Part shown: positions 18,990-28,011 of the stretch, one piece after another | How positions within the stretch are numbered: the stretch's first letter is position 1 | Layout of the letters: the number at the start of each line of letters is the position of its first letter | Assembly: GCA_963678315.1 (NCBI GenBank) | Contig: OY782781.1 | Coordinates: forward strand, 352,001 to 416,000 | DNA length: 64,000 nucleotides | From: Candidatus Cloacimonadales bacterium | Lineage (GTDB): Bacteria; Cloacimonadota; Cloacimonadia; Cloacimonadales; JAFGVF01 | Reading direction: 5' to 3' | Position numbers and translations under genes: made by a program | The notes under the pieces: model-generated | The model's database searches: none | What the model was told of the DNA's origin: nothing | What the model saw: only the letters and a program-made list of their open reading frames with translations

Positions 18990-20081
18990 ATGAAATATAT
19001 AACTAAATTTATGATTACTTTAAGCCTACTTTTTATTCTCTCATGTGATGACCATGAGTTTAAGAATATAGTTGATCCCAATGCAGATTTCCCAGCTCCA
19101 ACCGACTTAGATCATTATCAAACTTCGCTTACATCATGTCTGTTAAGCTGGACTGATAACAGTAATGGAGAAGAAGGTTTTAAGATTGACCGTAAAAAAG
19201 ATGACCAAGATTGGGTTATTGGCTATCAAAGCTTGGATGCAAATCAAGAATCTTTTGTAGATACAAATTTAGAATTTACATCAACCTATCAGTATAGAGT
19301 ATATGCTTTTGTTATTGATAATTATTCAGCTTATGCTGAAGATACCATAGCTATTTTAGATGAAACTTTGGTTTTTATCCAAGGTGGAACCTTCATAATG
19401 GGAGATCACTTCAATGAAGGTGACAGTGACGAGTTACCTACTCATCAAGTAACCCTTTCTTCTTTTATTATTTGTAAACATGAAGTAACCCAAGCAGAGT
19501 ATGAGGTACTTATGAGTAACAATCCCAGCTATTCTTATGATCATGATAAACCTGTAGAATCAGTTACTTGGTATAATGCAGTTGAATATTGTAATGCTAG
19601 AAGTCTTCAAGAAGGTTTAACACCATGTTATAATACATCAGATTGGTCTTGTGACTTTACAGCTAATGGATATAGGCTACCTACTGAAGCTGAGTGGGAG
19701 TATGCAGCCCGTGGTGGTATAAATCATGTAGATGGCTATAGATATAGTGGTTGTCATAATGAAGGTGGCTTAACTTATTGTGCCTGGTATTCTGCTAACT
19801 CAGATAGTCAAACTCATGAAGTTGGGTCCAAAAATCCAAATCAACTTGGTATCTATGATATGTCTGGTAATGTCTTGGAATGGTGTAATGGCTGGTATGG
19901 GGTTTATACTTCTTCAGCTCAAACTAATCCGACAGGACCTTCTAACGGGTCATACCGCATAGCACGTGGTGGTGGCTGGAGCTACAATGCTTGCGACTGC
20001 CGTGTTGCTAATCGTCATGGCTACTATCCTACTTACAGCAGTGGTTACGTAGGCTTTCGCCTAGTCCGTTCTTTATATTAA
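18990..20081 (+). CDS. Lipoprotein with 1 Fn3 repeat and an FGE-sulfatase domain; paralog of 15767..18760; candidate DGR target
   Basis: Same signal/lipobox 'ILS-CDDHEFKN', a single Fn3 unit, near-identical FGE core, divergent C-terminal segment. Confidence 0.9.
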   Translation: MKYITKFMITLSLLFILSCDDHEFKNIVDPNADFPAPTDLDHYQTSLTSCLLSWTDNSNGEEGFKIDRKKDDQDWVIGYQSLDANQESFVDTNLEFTSTYQYRVYAFVIDNYSAYAEDTIAILDETLVFIQGGTFIMGDHFNEGDSDELPTHQVTLSSFIICKHEVTQAEYEVLMSNNPSYSYDHDKPVESVTWYNAVEYCNARSLQEGLTPCYNTSDWSCDFTANGYRLPTEAEWEYAARGGINHVDGYRYSGCHNEGGLTYCAWYSANSDSQTHEVGSKNPNQLGIYDMSGNVLEWCNGWYGVYTSSAQTNPTGPSNGSYRIARGGGWSYNACDCRVANRHGYYPTYSSGYVGFRLVRSLY

Positions 20082-20161
20082 TCTTGATCTATGAAACATA
20101 GAGGTTTGGCAAAGTAACTTCTACTAGATATAGAAGACCATTTAATCTAATACTTAAATAT

Positions 20162-20199
20162 GAGCTATTGTTCCTTGATAAAACAATAGCTCTTTATTT
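20162..20199 (+). terminator. Intrinsic terminator ending the Fn3-FGE locus
   Basis: GAGCTATTGTT-9 nt-AACAATAGCTC followed by TTTATTT. Confidence 0.8.
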
Positions 20200-20596
20200 G
20201 ATGTTACCCTTGTAAATTTGATTTAGTCTATATTTCAAACTAGTCTAACATAGTTTTTTATAGCAGAAAATTATTAGCCTGCATCCCAATTGTTTAAATT
20301 GATATATATTATATGGATAGCTGTTCAATCTTTTAGCTTAATTGTTACAAGAATTAGTTTAAACTTTATTGAACAATATTCAACATATTTATTTAGTGTT
20401 GCAGTTCAATCATCATTAAGCATTCTTAAAGCACTGCTATTGTAGGCCTTATTAACTTTTTATCTTGCTATTTGTTAAGAAATATAAATATTTAATAATT
20501 TTTTCTTAAAAAAAAAGGCCTATTATTAATTTATTTATTGACAAATCTTTTGCAAAGCCCTAAATATGAAACATACATAAATTAAAGGAGATTTTT

Positions 20597-20764
20597 ATGA
20601 AAAGTTTAAAATTATTATTATTAGTTGTTTTTGCAGTTGCAGTTCTTGCTGGTTGTGAAAAGAAAGCTGAAGACAAAAAAGCTGAAGACAAAAAAGCTGA
20701 CGAAAAGAAAACTGAAGAAGTAGTTGACGAAAAAGCACCTGCAACAGAAGAAGCTGCAAAATAG
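20597..20764 (+). CDS. Small Lys/Glu/Ala-rich lipoprotein (55 aa; absent from the ORF track)
   Basis: SD AAAGGAG; MKSLKLLLLVVFAVAVLAG-CEKKAEDKKAEDKKADEKKTEEVVDEKAPATEEAAK; canonical LAGC lipobox; TTGACA at 20538 and its own terminator. Confidence 0.88.
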   Translation: MKSLKLLLLVVFAVAVLAGCEKKAEDKKAEDKKADEKKTEEVVDEKAPATEEAAK

Positions 20765-20835
20765 TTTATTCTAATTAAGTGTTTCTACTATCTGGAAGCA
20801 AATTCAAATATTAAAATATTTGTTTAATCAAATTT

Positions 20836-20864
20836 CTGAGATTGGTTTCAATCTCAGTTTTTTT
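20836..20864 (+). terminator. Intrinsic terminator after the small lipoprotein
   Basis: CTGAGATTG-GTTT-CAATCTCAG followed by T7. Confidence 0.85.
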
Positions 20865-20978
20865 ATGCTCTGTTTTACATTCAAAACTACATTTCTCATA
20901 ATTCAATCTACCTTTTAATTGCAATAGCTTATTACAGCAAGTCCTTTATAATGTCCAGTCCTAAATAATTTGACTGTT

Positions 20979-21617
20979 TTTCGTGTTATTCGTGCTTTTC
21001 GTGGTAAACTTCTTTGTTTGCAGATAAAGCTTAGCCTTTATGTCGCCCTTTCAGGGCTTTTTTTATTTTTTGACTATTACATGGAGGGCAAGCCTCCATG
21101 CTTAGTATATGCCACCCCTTCGGGGTTTTTATGGATAGCATCTCCTCAATTCATCATTCTTCATTTTTCCCCTTTATCCGTGCTTATCTGTGTAATCCGT
21201 GGCTAAAAACAATTAAGACTTTCTTTCGTGTTATTCGTGCTTTTCGTGGTAAACTTCTTTGTTTGCAGATAAAGCTTAGCCTTTATGTCGCCCTTTCAGG
21301 GCTTTTTTTATTTTTTGACTATTACATGGAGGGCAAGCCTCCATGCTTAGTATATGCCACCCCTTCGGGGTTTTTATGGATAGCATCTCCTCAATTCATC
21401 ATTCTTCATTTTTCCCCTTTATCCGTGCTTATCTGTGTAATCCGCGGCTAAAAACAATTAAGACTTTCTTTCGTGTTATTCGTGCTTTTCGTGGTAAACT
21501 TCTTTGTTTGCAGATAAAGCTTAGCCTTTATGTCGCCCTTTCAGTGCTTTTTTTATTTTTTGACTATTACATGGAGGGCAAGCCTCCATGCTTAGTATAT
21601 GCCACCCCTTCGGGGTT
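20979..21617. repeat. Non-coding 245-bp tandem repeat, 2.6 copies
   Basis: Units start at 20979, 21224 and 21469; only two substitutions seen (21445, 21545); the unit contains several GC-rich hairpins. Confidence 0.95.
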
Positions 21618-21827
21618 AGACGAACGTCCGTTCGTCTCTACAAATTCACTTATAACTTCGTTCTAAGTGAAGCCAGCTCGGAGGCTGGCGATCCCAGTAA
21701 CTCCTCACTCCTAACTTCTTTCACTCCTAACTCCTCACTCCTAACTCCTAACTTAAGGGTCTCCTTGAAAAAATGGCCTTTTTTCAATGTGGCAAGTAAG
21801 AGTGGAGAGACCTTTCGCAAAACGTCT
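21617..21827 (+). repeat. Dispersed mosaic REP-like element, copy A
   Basis: cgtctctacaaattcactta...gttctaagtgaagccagctcggaggctggcg.tcccagta...(ACTCCT(A/C))n...ttgaaaaa...ttcaa..ggcaagtaag, shared with 38771-38955 (-) and 56436-56580 (+). Confidence 0.88.
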
Positions 21828-21904
21828 AAATATCAAACTCTACTCATTCCCCATTATTTCCTTTCTAACAGCCTCACCCAAGAAGCCTCACATTACAAAT
21901 AAAG

Positions 21905-21947
21905 TAAAAGGTCCTATCTCATCTAAAGGAAAGATTTGATAGGACCT
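21905..21947 (-). terminator. Probable terminator after the M16C peptidase gene
   Basis: AGGTCCTATC...GATAGGACCT stem with a T-run on the minus strand. Confidence 0.65.
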
Positions 21948-21991
21948 AATTTTTAATTCTAAATATATTATAGACTATTTAGTAAGTATAA

Positions 21992-24916
21992 TTAAAAGAT
22001 GCTACTTACAAGATCAAATAGTTCTTTATTTTCTTCAATTTTAGCAGAATTACCAACAGTAACTCTTACCCCATTTTCAAGGACTTGTTTAAACATAGAT
22101 GAATATGCTTTTAAGTCTTCTAAGCTAGTTGCAAGTAGTTCTTTTCTGTTTTGCTGTCTCATTTCAGGAGTTAAATTCTTATCAGCTAAGACACGTGCAG
22201 TATTTAATTTAACACTAGCAGTTAAAGGTACATCCATAGATGCAATAGAGCCGATAATTTGCTTAGTTAACTCACTCTTAGAAACCTCTAAAGTATCCAA
22301 GAATTCAGGAATACCTTTATATACATCATAAGTTCTTTCAAGGTTTGGATCACGATAAGAAACTAAGCTAAAATGTCCACCATCTCCTATGTTGAAGATA
22401 GCGCCATAAGCACCACCTTGAACACGAATATTGTTGTATAGATATCCAGAAGGGATAAGATTATTTAACACATTAACCTGACCTTTATATTCCATACCAA
22501 CTGCTTCGTAATCGCATATTAAGCCAACATACTGTACATTGATTGGAGCACCTAAACCAATATGTTTAATATCTTTTGCTGGTTCTAATATTTGAGGAGC
22601 AAGATCTTGCTGAGCTAGTTTACCAACAAACTTATCTACTTGTTTCATAACCGCAATATTATCTTGATGCTCTCCACTGATAGCAATTTTTAACTGGCCT
22701 TTTCTATAAATTTTATTATAAACATCTGTTAATTTTGCTTGAATATCTTGATATTTTGATTCAAAGTCTTTTTCAAGTTCAGCAACAAATTTATAGTAAG
22801 CAAGATTTGAAGTTTGATTATAGAAATCATATTCTGGACGTAATTGAGCTCTTGCTTGAGTGATAGCCACAACATGACCAGCTTGCATAATCATCATTTC
22901 TAAACGAGATTTATTCTCTCTGATGATTTGAAGAATACGTTCTTTATTATCAAATTTAGAGTTTAAGAGAACTTCTTCAAGCATACTAGGAATAACATCA
23001 ATTTTGTTCATAAGTGATTTGACATTAATTTTAGCAGAAATAGCATAGTCATTTCTACCTTTTAAACTTGGTGTAAAATCACATTCAGTAGAAAATTCAC
23101 CTAAATCAATATGAATTTCTTTAGATAAATCCATGTAATTATAGTTTTTAGTATCAATTCTTGTTAACATAGAATTGAGTAATCCTAACCACTTCCAATC
23201 CTCTCTATCAAGAACTTGAGCATTAAAATCAAATCTTAAATATGCAATTTTATTTGTTTGATCTTCCAATTCTAAAAGTTGATAATCTTCCTTATCTGTG
23301 ATAGTGTAATCTACAGCTTGTGGCTTTGGATTGATGTCTTCTAGCTCGATATGAGGAACTTTAGCCAATTCTTCTGGAGCATCAGGTGTTTGCTGTCTGT
23401 TTCGAAGAACATTGTTCTTTTCAATAAGTTTAGTGAGATCTTCATCTGACAAGTTAGCTTTAAAGTCAGAAAGCTTTTTATCAAGATTAATCTTAGCCTC
23501 TTCATTCATGCCTTTCTTTGGAAGAAGAAGAATTGTACTTTTATGATTATTATTAAGAATGAATTTCTCTACTAGAGTTTCAAAATATGGTTCAGTAAGA
23601 GCCTTTTTAATAGTTTCTAAGCGTTCTTCGAACTGCAAGTATAGTTCTGGACTATCACAATGCATCCAGCCCTTAAATGCCATCATTTGATAGAAAAGAC
23701 CTTTAGGGAAATTACGAGTATCAGCTTCTCTTAGACTAAACTCATTAGAATTGATAACAGCTTCAATTAACTTTTTGTCGATTCCTTTACATACTAAGTC
23801 TTTCAAAGTTTCATCAATAATCTTCTTAATCTCAGCTTTTTGGTGCTCATTAGTATTTTTTACTACAATACTGAATACTGGTTGTAAAATAGAATCATTA
23901 TAAACCCCAAAGATATCTTGTCCTAAACCTGCCTTTAACAGAGCTTCTTTCAAAGGAGCTCCCTCAAAATCAAGTAATAATTGACTTAGCATACTGAAAG
24001 CCATATTTGTGGTAGCATCTTTAACATTGCCAATTGTATAGTTAACACTTACAAAAGCTTTATCCTCAAGAGCATCATCTTCAGCTACAGGATAGTAAGA
24101 AGTTTCTTCTTTTTCAGCTTGGAAAGCTTCTTGAGGTGCAATATGAGTATCAATATCTAAAGCTTCGAAATTAGTTAAATATTCATTATCTATCTTTTTA
24201 AGAGCTACTTCTAAATCTAAATTACCATACAAACAGATATAACTATTGCTTGGATGATAATATCTTCTATGGAAGTTTAAAAATTTCTCGTAAGAAAGTT
24301 CTGGAATAACAGCTGGATCTCCACCAGACTCATATTGATAACAATTATCTGGATTCTGGATATTTTGTATCTTACGGAAAATCATTGATTCTGGTGATGA
24401 AAAAGCACCTTTCATTTCATTATAAACAACACCATTATAGATAACTTCATCTTCTTTATTGAAGATTTCATGATGCCAACCTTCTTGTAAGAAGATTTCT
24501 TCTGTATCATATATTTTTGGGAAGTACACAGCATCAAGATAGACATCCATTAAGTTCATGAAGTCCTTTTGATTAGTAGAGGCTACAGGGTACATTGTCT
24601 TATCCGATGCAGTAAAAGCATTAACAAAAGTCTTCAATGAACCTTTAACTAGTTCCATGAAAGGCTCTTTTACTGGGTATTTGCGTGAACCATTCAAAAC
24701 TGAATGTTCTAAAATGTGCGGAGTTCCACAACTATCTTCAGGAAGTGTTTTAAATCCAACAGTGAATACTTTATTTATATCATCATTCTTTAAGTATAAT
24801 AGTTCTGCATTATTCTTTTTATGCCTAAAGAAGTAACCTGTGTTTCCTATTTCTTTGAAATCCTTTATCCAAAGTAACTCAAAGTTTTCATAGATTTTAC
24901 CTTGTACTAAGTCCAT
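21992..24916 (-). CDS. Insulinase-family M16C metallopeptidase (presequence protease-like)
   Basis: Inverted zincin motif 'HILEH', 'NAFT..DKTMYP', 'FLQEGWH', 'GVVYNEMKG', 'IRVQGGAYG', 'SYRDPN'. Confidence 0.95.
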   Translation of the reverse strand: MDLVQGKIYENFELLWIKDFKEIGNTGYFFRHKKNNAELLYLKNDDINKVFTVGFKTLPEDSCGTPHILEHSVLNGSRKYPVKEPFMELVKGSLKTFVNAFTASDKTMYPVASTNQKDFMNLMDVYLDAVYFPKIYDTEEIFLQEGWHHEIFNKEDEVIYNGVVYNEMKGAFSSPESMIFRKIQNIQNPDNCYQYESGGDPAVIPELSYEKFLNFHRRYYHPSNSYICLYGNLDLEVALKKIDNEYLTNFEALDIDTHIAPQEAFQAEKEETSYYPVAEDDALEDKAFVSVNYTIGNVKDATTNMAFSMLSQLLLDFEGAPLKEALLKAGLGQDIFGVYNDSILQPVFSIVVKNTNEHQKAEIKKIIDETLKDLVCKGIDKKLIEAVINSNEFSLREADTRNFPKGLFYQMMAFKGWMHCDSPELYLQFEERLETIKKALTEPYFETLVEKFILNNNHKSTILLLPKKGMNEEAKINLDKKLSDFKANLSDEDLTKLIEKNNVLRNRQQTPDAPEELAKVPHIELEDINPKPQAVDYTITDKEDYQLLELEDQTNKIAYLRFDFNAQVLDREDWKWLGLLNSMLTRIDTKNYNYMDLSKEIHIDLGEFSTECDFTPSLKGRNDYAISAKINVKSLMNKIDVIPSMLEEVLLNSKFDNKERILQIIRENKSRLEMMIMQAGHVVAITQARAQLRPEYDFYNQTSNLAYYKFVAELEKDFESKYQDIQAKLTDVYNKIYRKGQLKIAISGEHQDNIAVMKQVDKFVGKLAQQDLAPQILEPAKDIKHIGLGAPINVQYVGLICDYEAVGMEYKGQVNVLNNLIPSGYLYNNIRVQGGAYGAIFNIGDGGHFSLVSYRDPNLERTYDVYKGIPEFLDTLEVSKSELTKQIIGSIASMDVPLTASVKLNTARVLADKNLTPEMRQQNRKELLATSLEDLKAYSSMFKQVLENGVRVTVGNSAKIEENKELFDLVSSIF

Positions 24917-24924
24917 TTTATCTC

Positions 24925-25803
24925 CTATTTTATTAATTTATATCTTTTTAAACAATCTTCTAATTTAGTTCTATTATCTTCTTCTAGTAAAGTTAAAGGC
25001 AACCTTATTTCCTGTTCAATCTTACCCATCATGGCAAGTGACTCTTTAACTGGGATTGGATTAGTTTCTATAAACATCATGTTGTTGAGTTCTAAAATCT
25101 CTTGATGTAACTTTCTAGCTTTATTCCATTCATTATTCATGCAAAGAGCCCATAAAGTGTGTACTTTCTCAGGAATTATATTTGCTGTAACAGAAATAGT
25201 CCCTTTTACTCCAACAGAGTATAAAGGTAGATTTAAAGCATCTTCACCTGACATAACAGAGAATTTATCTTTCATTTCGCTGATAATCTTTGAAGCTTGC
25301 AAAATATCTCCAGTGGCTTCCTTGATACCCACAATATTCTTAAATTCTTTAGCCAGCTTAATTGTGGTTTCGGCATTCATGTTAACCCCAGTTCTGCCTG
25401 GAACATTATAGATTACTATAGGGATTGTTACTGATTCAGCAATCTTCTTGAAATACTCGAAAAGACTCTTTTGAGTAGGCTTGATATAGTAAGGAGTTAT
25501 CACTAGAGCATAATCAGCTCCAATCTGCTCTGCCTTCTTTGTTAATGAGATTGTTTGATGATAATTATTTGTGCCTGTTCCTATCATTACTGGAACACGC
25601 TTGTTTATCTTTTGTATACAAAATTGAAGTAATCTTTCACGTTCATCAGATGCAATGTTTGGAGATTCTCCTGTAGTCCCCATTAACAATATACCATCTA
25701 TCTTGTTTTCTATTTGAAATTCAATTAAATTTTCTAGGGCGTTATAATCTATTTCATTGTCCTTAAATGGCGTAACCAAAGCAACATAAGCACCTTTTAA
25801 CAT
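24925..25803 (-). CDS. dapA: 4-hydroxy-tetrahydrodipicolinate synthase
   Basis: 'ALVTPF', 'GTTGES', 'YNVPGRTG', 'GIKEA', 'ETNPIPVK'. Confidence 0.95.
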   Translation of the reverse strand: MLKGAYVALVTPFKDNEIDYNALENLIEFQIENKIDGILLMGTTGESPNIASDERERLLQFCIQKINKRVPVMIGTGTNNYHQTISLTKKAEQIGADYALVITPYYIKPTQKSLFEYFKKIAESVTIPIVIYNVPGRTGVNMNAETTIKLAKEFKNIVGIKEATGDILQASKIISEMKDKFSVMSGEDALNLPLYSVGVKGTISVTANIIPEKVHTLWALCMNNEWNKARKLHQEILELNNMMFIETNPIPVKESLAMMGKIEQEIRLPLTLLEEDNRTKLEDCLKRYKLIK

Positions 25804-25952
25804 AATTAAAGCTCCTTTAATTGTCTGTAATTTACTTTAATAACCATTATATAGTTACTTATTTAATAAGTCAATATGTTTAAGGAAAATCTTGTTTTTC
25901 TAATATCTAGCACAAGTGTAGAAGAACAAAAAGAAACATTTTTTGGGCAAGC

Positions 25953-25982
25953 AAAAAGAGAGTGCCATAAGACACTCTCTTT
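25953..25982 (-). terminator. Intrinsic terminator after frr
   Basis: AAAGAGAGTG-8 nt-CACTCTCTTT with an A-run on + (T-run on -). Confidence 0.8.
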
Positions 25983-26003
25983 CAATTTATATAAGTTTAG
26001 ATC

Positions 26004-26558
26004 TTAAACTGTAAGAACTTCACTTTCTTTATTCTTTGTAGCTTCATCAATCTTAGCAACCCAAGTATCTGTTTGTTCTTGGATATCTTTCAATAAACGA
26101 GTTTCATCGTCTTCTGAAATATCTGAAGCTTTTTTCATTTTCTTTGCTTGTTCATTAGCTTCTCTTCTAACGTTTCTTGCAGAGATTTTTGCATCTTCAC
26201 CAAGCTTCTTAACTTGCTTAACGATTTCTTTTCTTTTATCTTCTGTAAGAGCTTGGAAAGGTAATCTGATTACATTTCCATCGTTTTCTGGAGTAACACC
26301 AATATTAGCAGCAAGTATAGCTTTTTCTATATCTGCTAAAGTAGTTTTATCCCAAGGCTGAACAACAATTTGACGAGGTTCAGGAGTACTAATATTAGCA
26401 AGCTGTTTTACAAGTGTAGGAGTACCATAGTAATTGATTTTGATATCATCTAAAACTGCTGGTGACGCTTTGCCTGTTCTCACCTTACCAAAGTTATTTA
26501 ATAACGCTTTGTAAGCTGCTTCCATTTTGTCATCTACATTAAGTAATAATTCTTCCAT
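26004..26558 (-). CDS. frr: Ribosome recycling factor
   Basis: 'VRTGKASP', 'YYGTPT', 'QPWD', 'RNVRR'; follows pyrH. Confidence 0.97.
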   Translation of the reverse strand: MEELLLNVDDKMEAAYKALLNNFGKVRTGKASPAVLDDIKINYYGTPTLVKQLANISTPEPRQIVVQPWDKTTLADIEKAILAANIGVTPENDGNVIRLPFQALTEDKRKEIVKQVKKLGEDAKISARNVRREANEQAKKMKKASDISEDDETRLLKDIQEQTDTWVAKIDEATKNKESEVLTV

Positions 26559-26572
26559 AATATCCTCGCTAT

Positions 26573-27313
26573 TTATGAATTAGTTACATCATTACTAACA
26601 AAAGTACCAACGTTCTTTTCATGAATTGCTTTTGCTAAATTTCCTTTAATAGATAAATCAAACACTTTTACAGGAATGTTATTCTCTTTAGCTAAAGAGA
26701 AGGCTGTCATATCCATTACATTTAATTCTCTATTGATAGCTTCTTCAAAAGTAATCTCTTGAATAAACTCAGCATCTGAGTGCTTAGCAGGATCTTTAGT
26801 AAATACTCCCGCAACTTTAGTACCTTTTAGGACCAAATCTGCTTGAAGTTCTGCTGCTCTAAGAACAACTGCTGTATCTGTAGTAAAGAAAGGATTGCCT
26901 GTTCCCCCACAAAGGAAAACAATTTTACCCTCTTTCATAGATTGAAGAGCTCTTCTTGGAGTATAAAATTTAGCTAACTTTTCAGCTTTAACTGCACAAA
27001 GAACTTCTGTTGAGTAATTCTTTATTTTCAATACTTCAGAAAGGTAGAGTGCATTCTGAATAGTGGCCATCATACCAATATTGTCTAGAGTTACTCTATT
27101 CATCTTTGCATTTGACCATGTACCACCTCGGAAGATATTACCTCCCCCTAAGACGATACAAATGCTATATCCAAGTCTTTTAACTTCGATAATATCATTA
27201 GTAATTCTATCAATCAGTTCTTCATCAAACCCAAAGCCCTTTTTCCCAGCAAGGAATTCACCACTAAGCTTGACAATTACACGATTAATCTTCTCTGGAT
27301 GATAAGCACACAT
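26573..27313 (-). CDS. pyrH: UMP kinase
   Basis: 'KLSGE', 'GGGNIFRG', 'GTGNPFFTTD', 'VMDMTA'. Confidence 0.97.
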   Translation of the reverse strand: MCAYHPEKINRVIVKLSGEFLAGKKGFGFDEELIDRITNDIIEVKRLGYSICIVLGGGNIFRGGTWSNAKMNRVTLDNIGMMATIQNALYLSEVLKIKNYSTEVLCAVKAEKLAKFYTPRRALQSMKEGKIVFLCGGTGNPFFTTDTAVVLRAAELQADLVLKGTKVAGVFTKDPAKHSDAEFIQEITFEEAINRELNVMDMTAFSLAKENNIPVKVFDLSIKGNLAKAIHEKNVGTFVSNDVTNS

Positions 27314-27337
27314 TATTGTTAATTCCTTATCTTGAAA

Positions 27338-27928
27338 TTAGATACTGAAACGTGCAAATCTAGCAACTTTGATGTTTTCACCAAGTTTGAAGATAGCTTC
27401 TTTTAATAATGTATCAATATCTTTTGAAGGATCTTTGATGTATTCTTGGAACATCAATGTATTTGTTTTACCGAATTTATTAACTACACCTTCAACAATC
27501 TTATCAATTATTTTTTCAGGTTTTCCATCTTGGATAGCTTTATTTCTAGCAATTTCTTTTTCTGTTTCGATTAATTTAGGATCGATATCTTCTGGAGATA
27601 AAGCGATAGGATCTGTAGCAGCAACTTGCATTGCAAGTTCTTTACAAAGATTTTTGAAATCGTCTGTGTTAGCAACAAAGTCTGTTTCACAGTTAACTTC
27701 AATCAAAACACCTATTTTTCCATTACCGTGAATGTAAGAATATACTAAACCTTCTTTTGTATCACGAGCAGCTTTAGATGCAGCCTTTGACATACCTCTT
27801 TCACGTAAGTACTTAACTGCGTCTTCTACATTGCCATCAGTTTCTTTTAATGCTTTTTTACAATCCATCATACCAACGCCTGTAAGTTGACGTAGCTCTT
27901 TAACCATTGCTGCAGTAATTGTAGCCAT
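27338..27928 (-). CDS. tsf: Elongation factor Ts (short form)
   Basis: 'VKELR..TG.GMMDCKKAL', 'NCETDFVA', 'LGENI.V.RF.R'. Confidence 0.97.
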   Translation of the reverse strand: MATITAAMVKELRQLTGVGMMDCKKALKETDGNVEDAVKYLRERGMSKAASKAARDTKEGLVYSYIHGNGKIGVLIEVNCETDFVANTDDFKNLCKELAMQVAATDPIALSPEDIDPKLIETEKEIARNKAIQDGKPEKIIDKIVEGVVNKFGKTNTLMFQEYIKDPSKDIDTLLKEAIFKLGENIKVARFARFSI

Positions 27929-27977
27929 TACATTCTCCTTATAATTAATTATAGTATTTATCTATTTATAATAATTG

Positions 27978-28006
27978 AAAAAAAAGTTCCCGAAGAATCG
28001 GGAACT
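27978..28006 (-). terminator. Terminator/attenuator between rpsB and tsf
   Basis: AGTTCCCGA-4 nt-TCGGGAACT followed by a T-run on the minus strand. Confidence 0.8.
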
Positions 28007-28011
28007 ATTAT

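Noticed and set aside
15767..20081. True formylglycine-generating enzymes
   Set aside because: These are exported lipoproteins with Fn3 stalks, no sulfatase is nearby, and the would-be active-site segment differs between copies. A binding role fits better.
20200..20520. Possible decayed gene or dif-like site in the AT-rich spacer
   Set aside because: The frames examined contain frequent stops and no convincing XerC/XerD arms were seen.
20979..21617. CRISPR array
   Set aside because: Whole units are identical with no unique spacers, and there are no cas genes in the window.
20970..21902. ORFs of 78-117 aa across the 245-bp array and the adjacent repeat
   Set aside because: The period is not a multiple of 3, the same peptides recur in shifting frames, there are no SD sites, and the region is hairpin-rich. 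They are by-products of the repeat.
11206..22000. A complete DGR cassette (RT, avd, template repeat)
   Set aside because: No ORF with RT motifs and no AAC-rich non-coding copy of either variable region was found by eye; only target-like genes are present.
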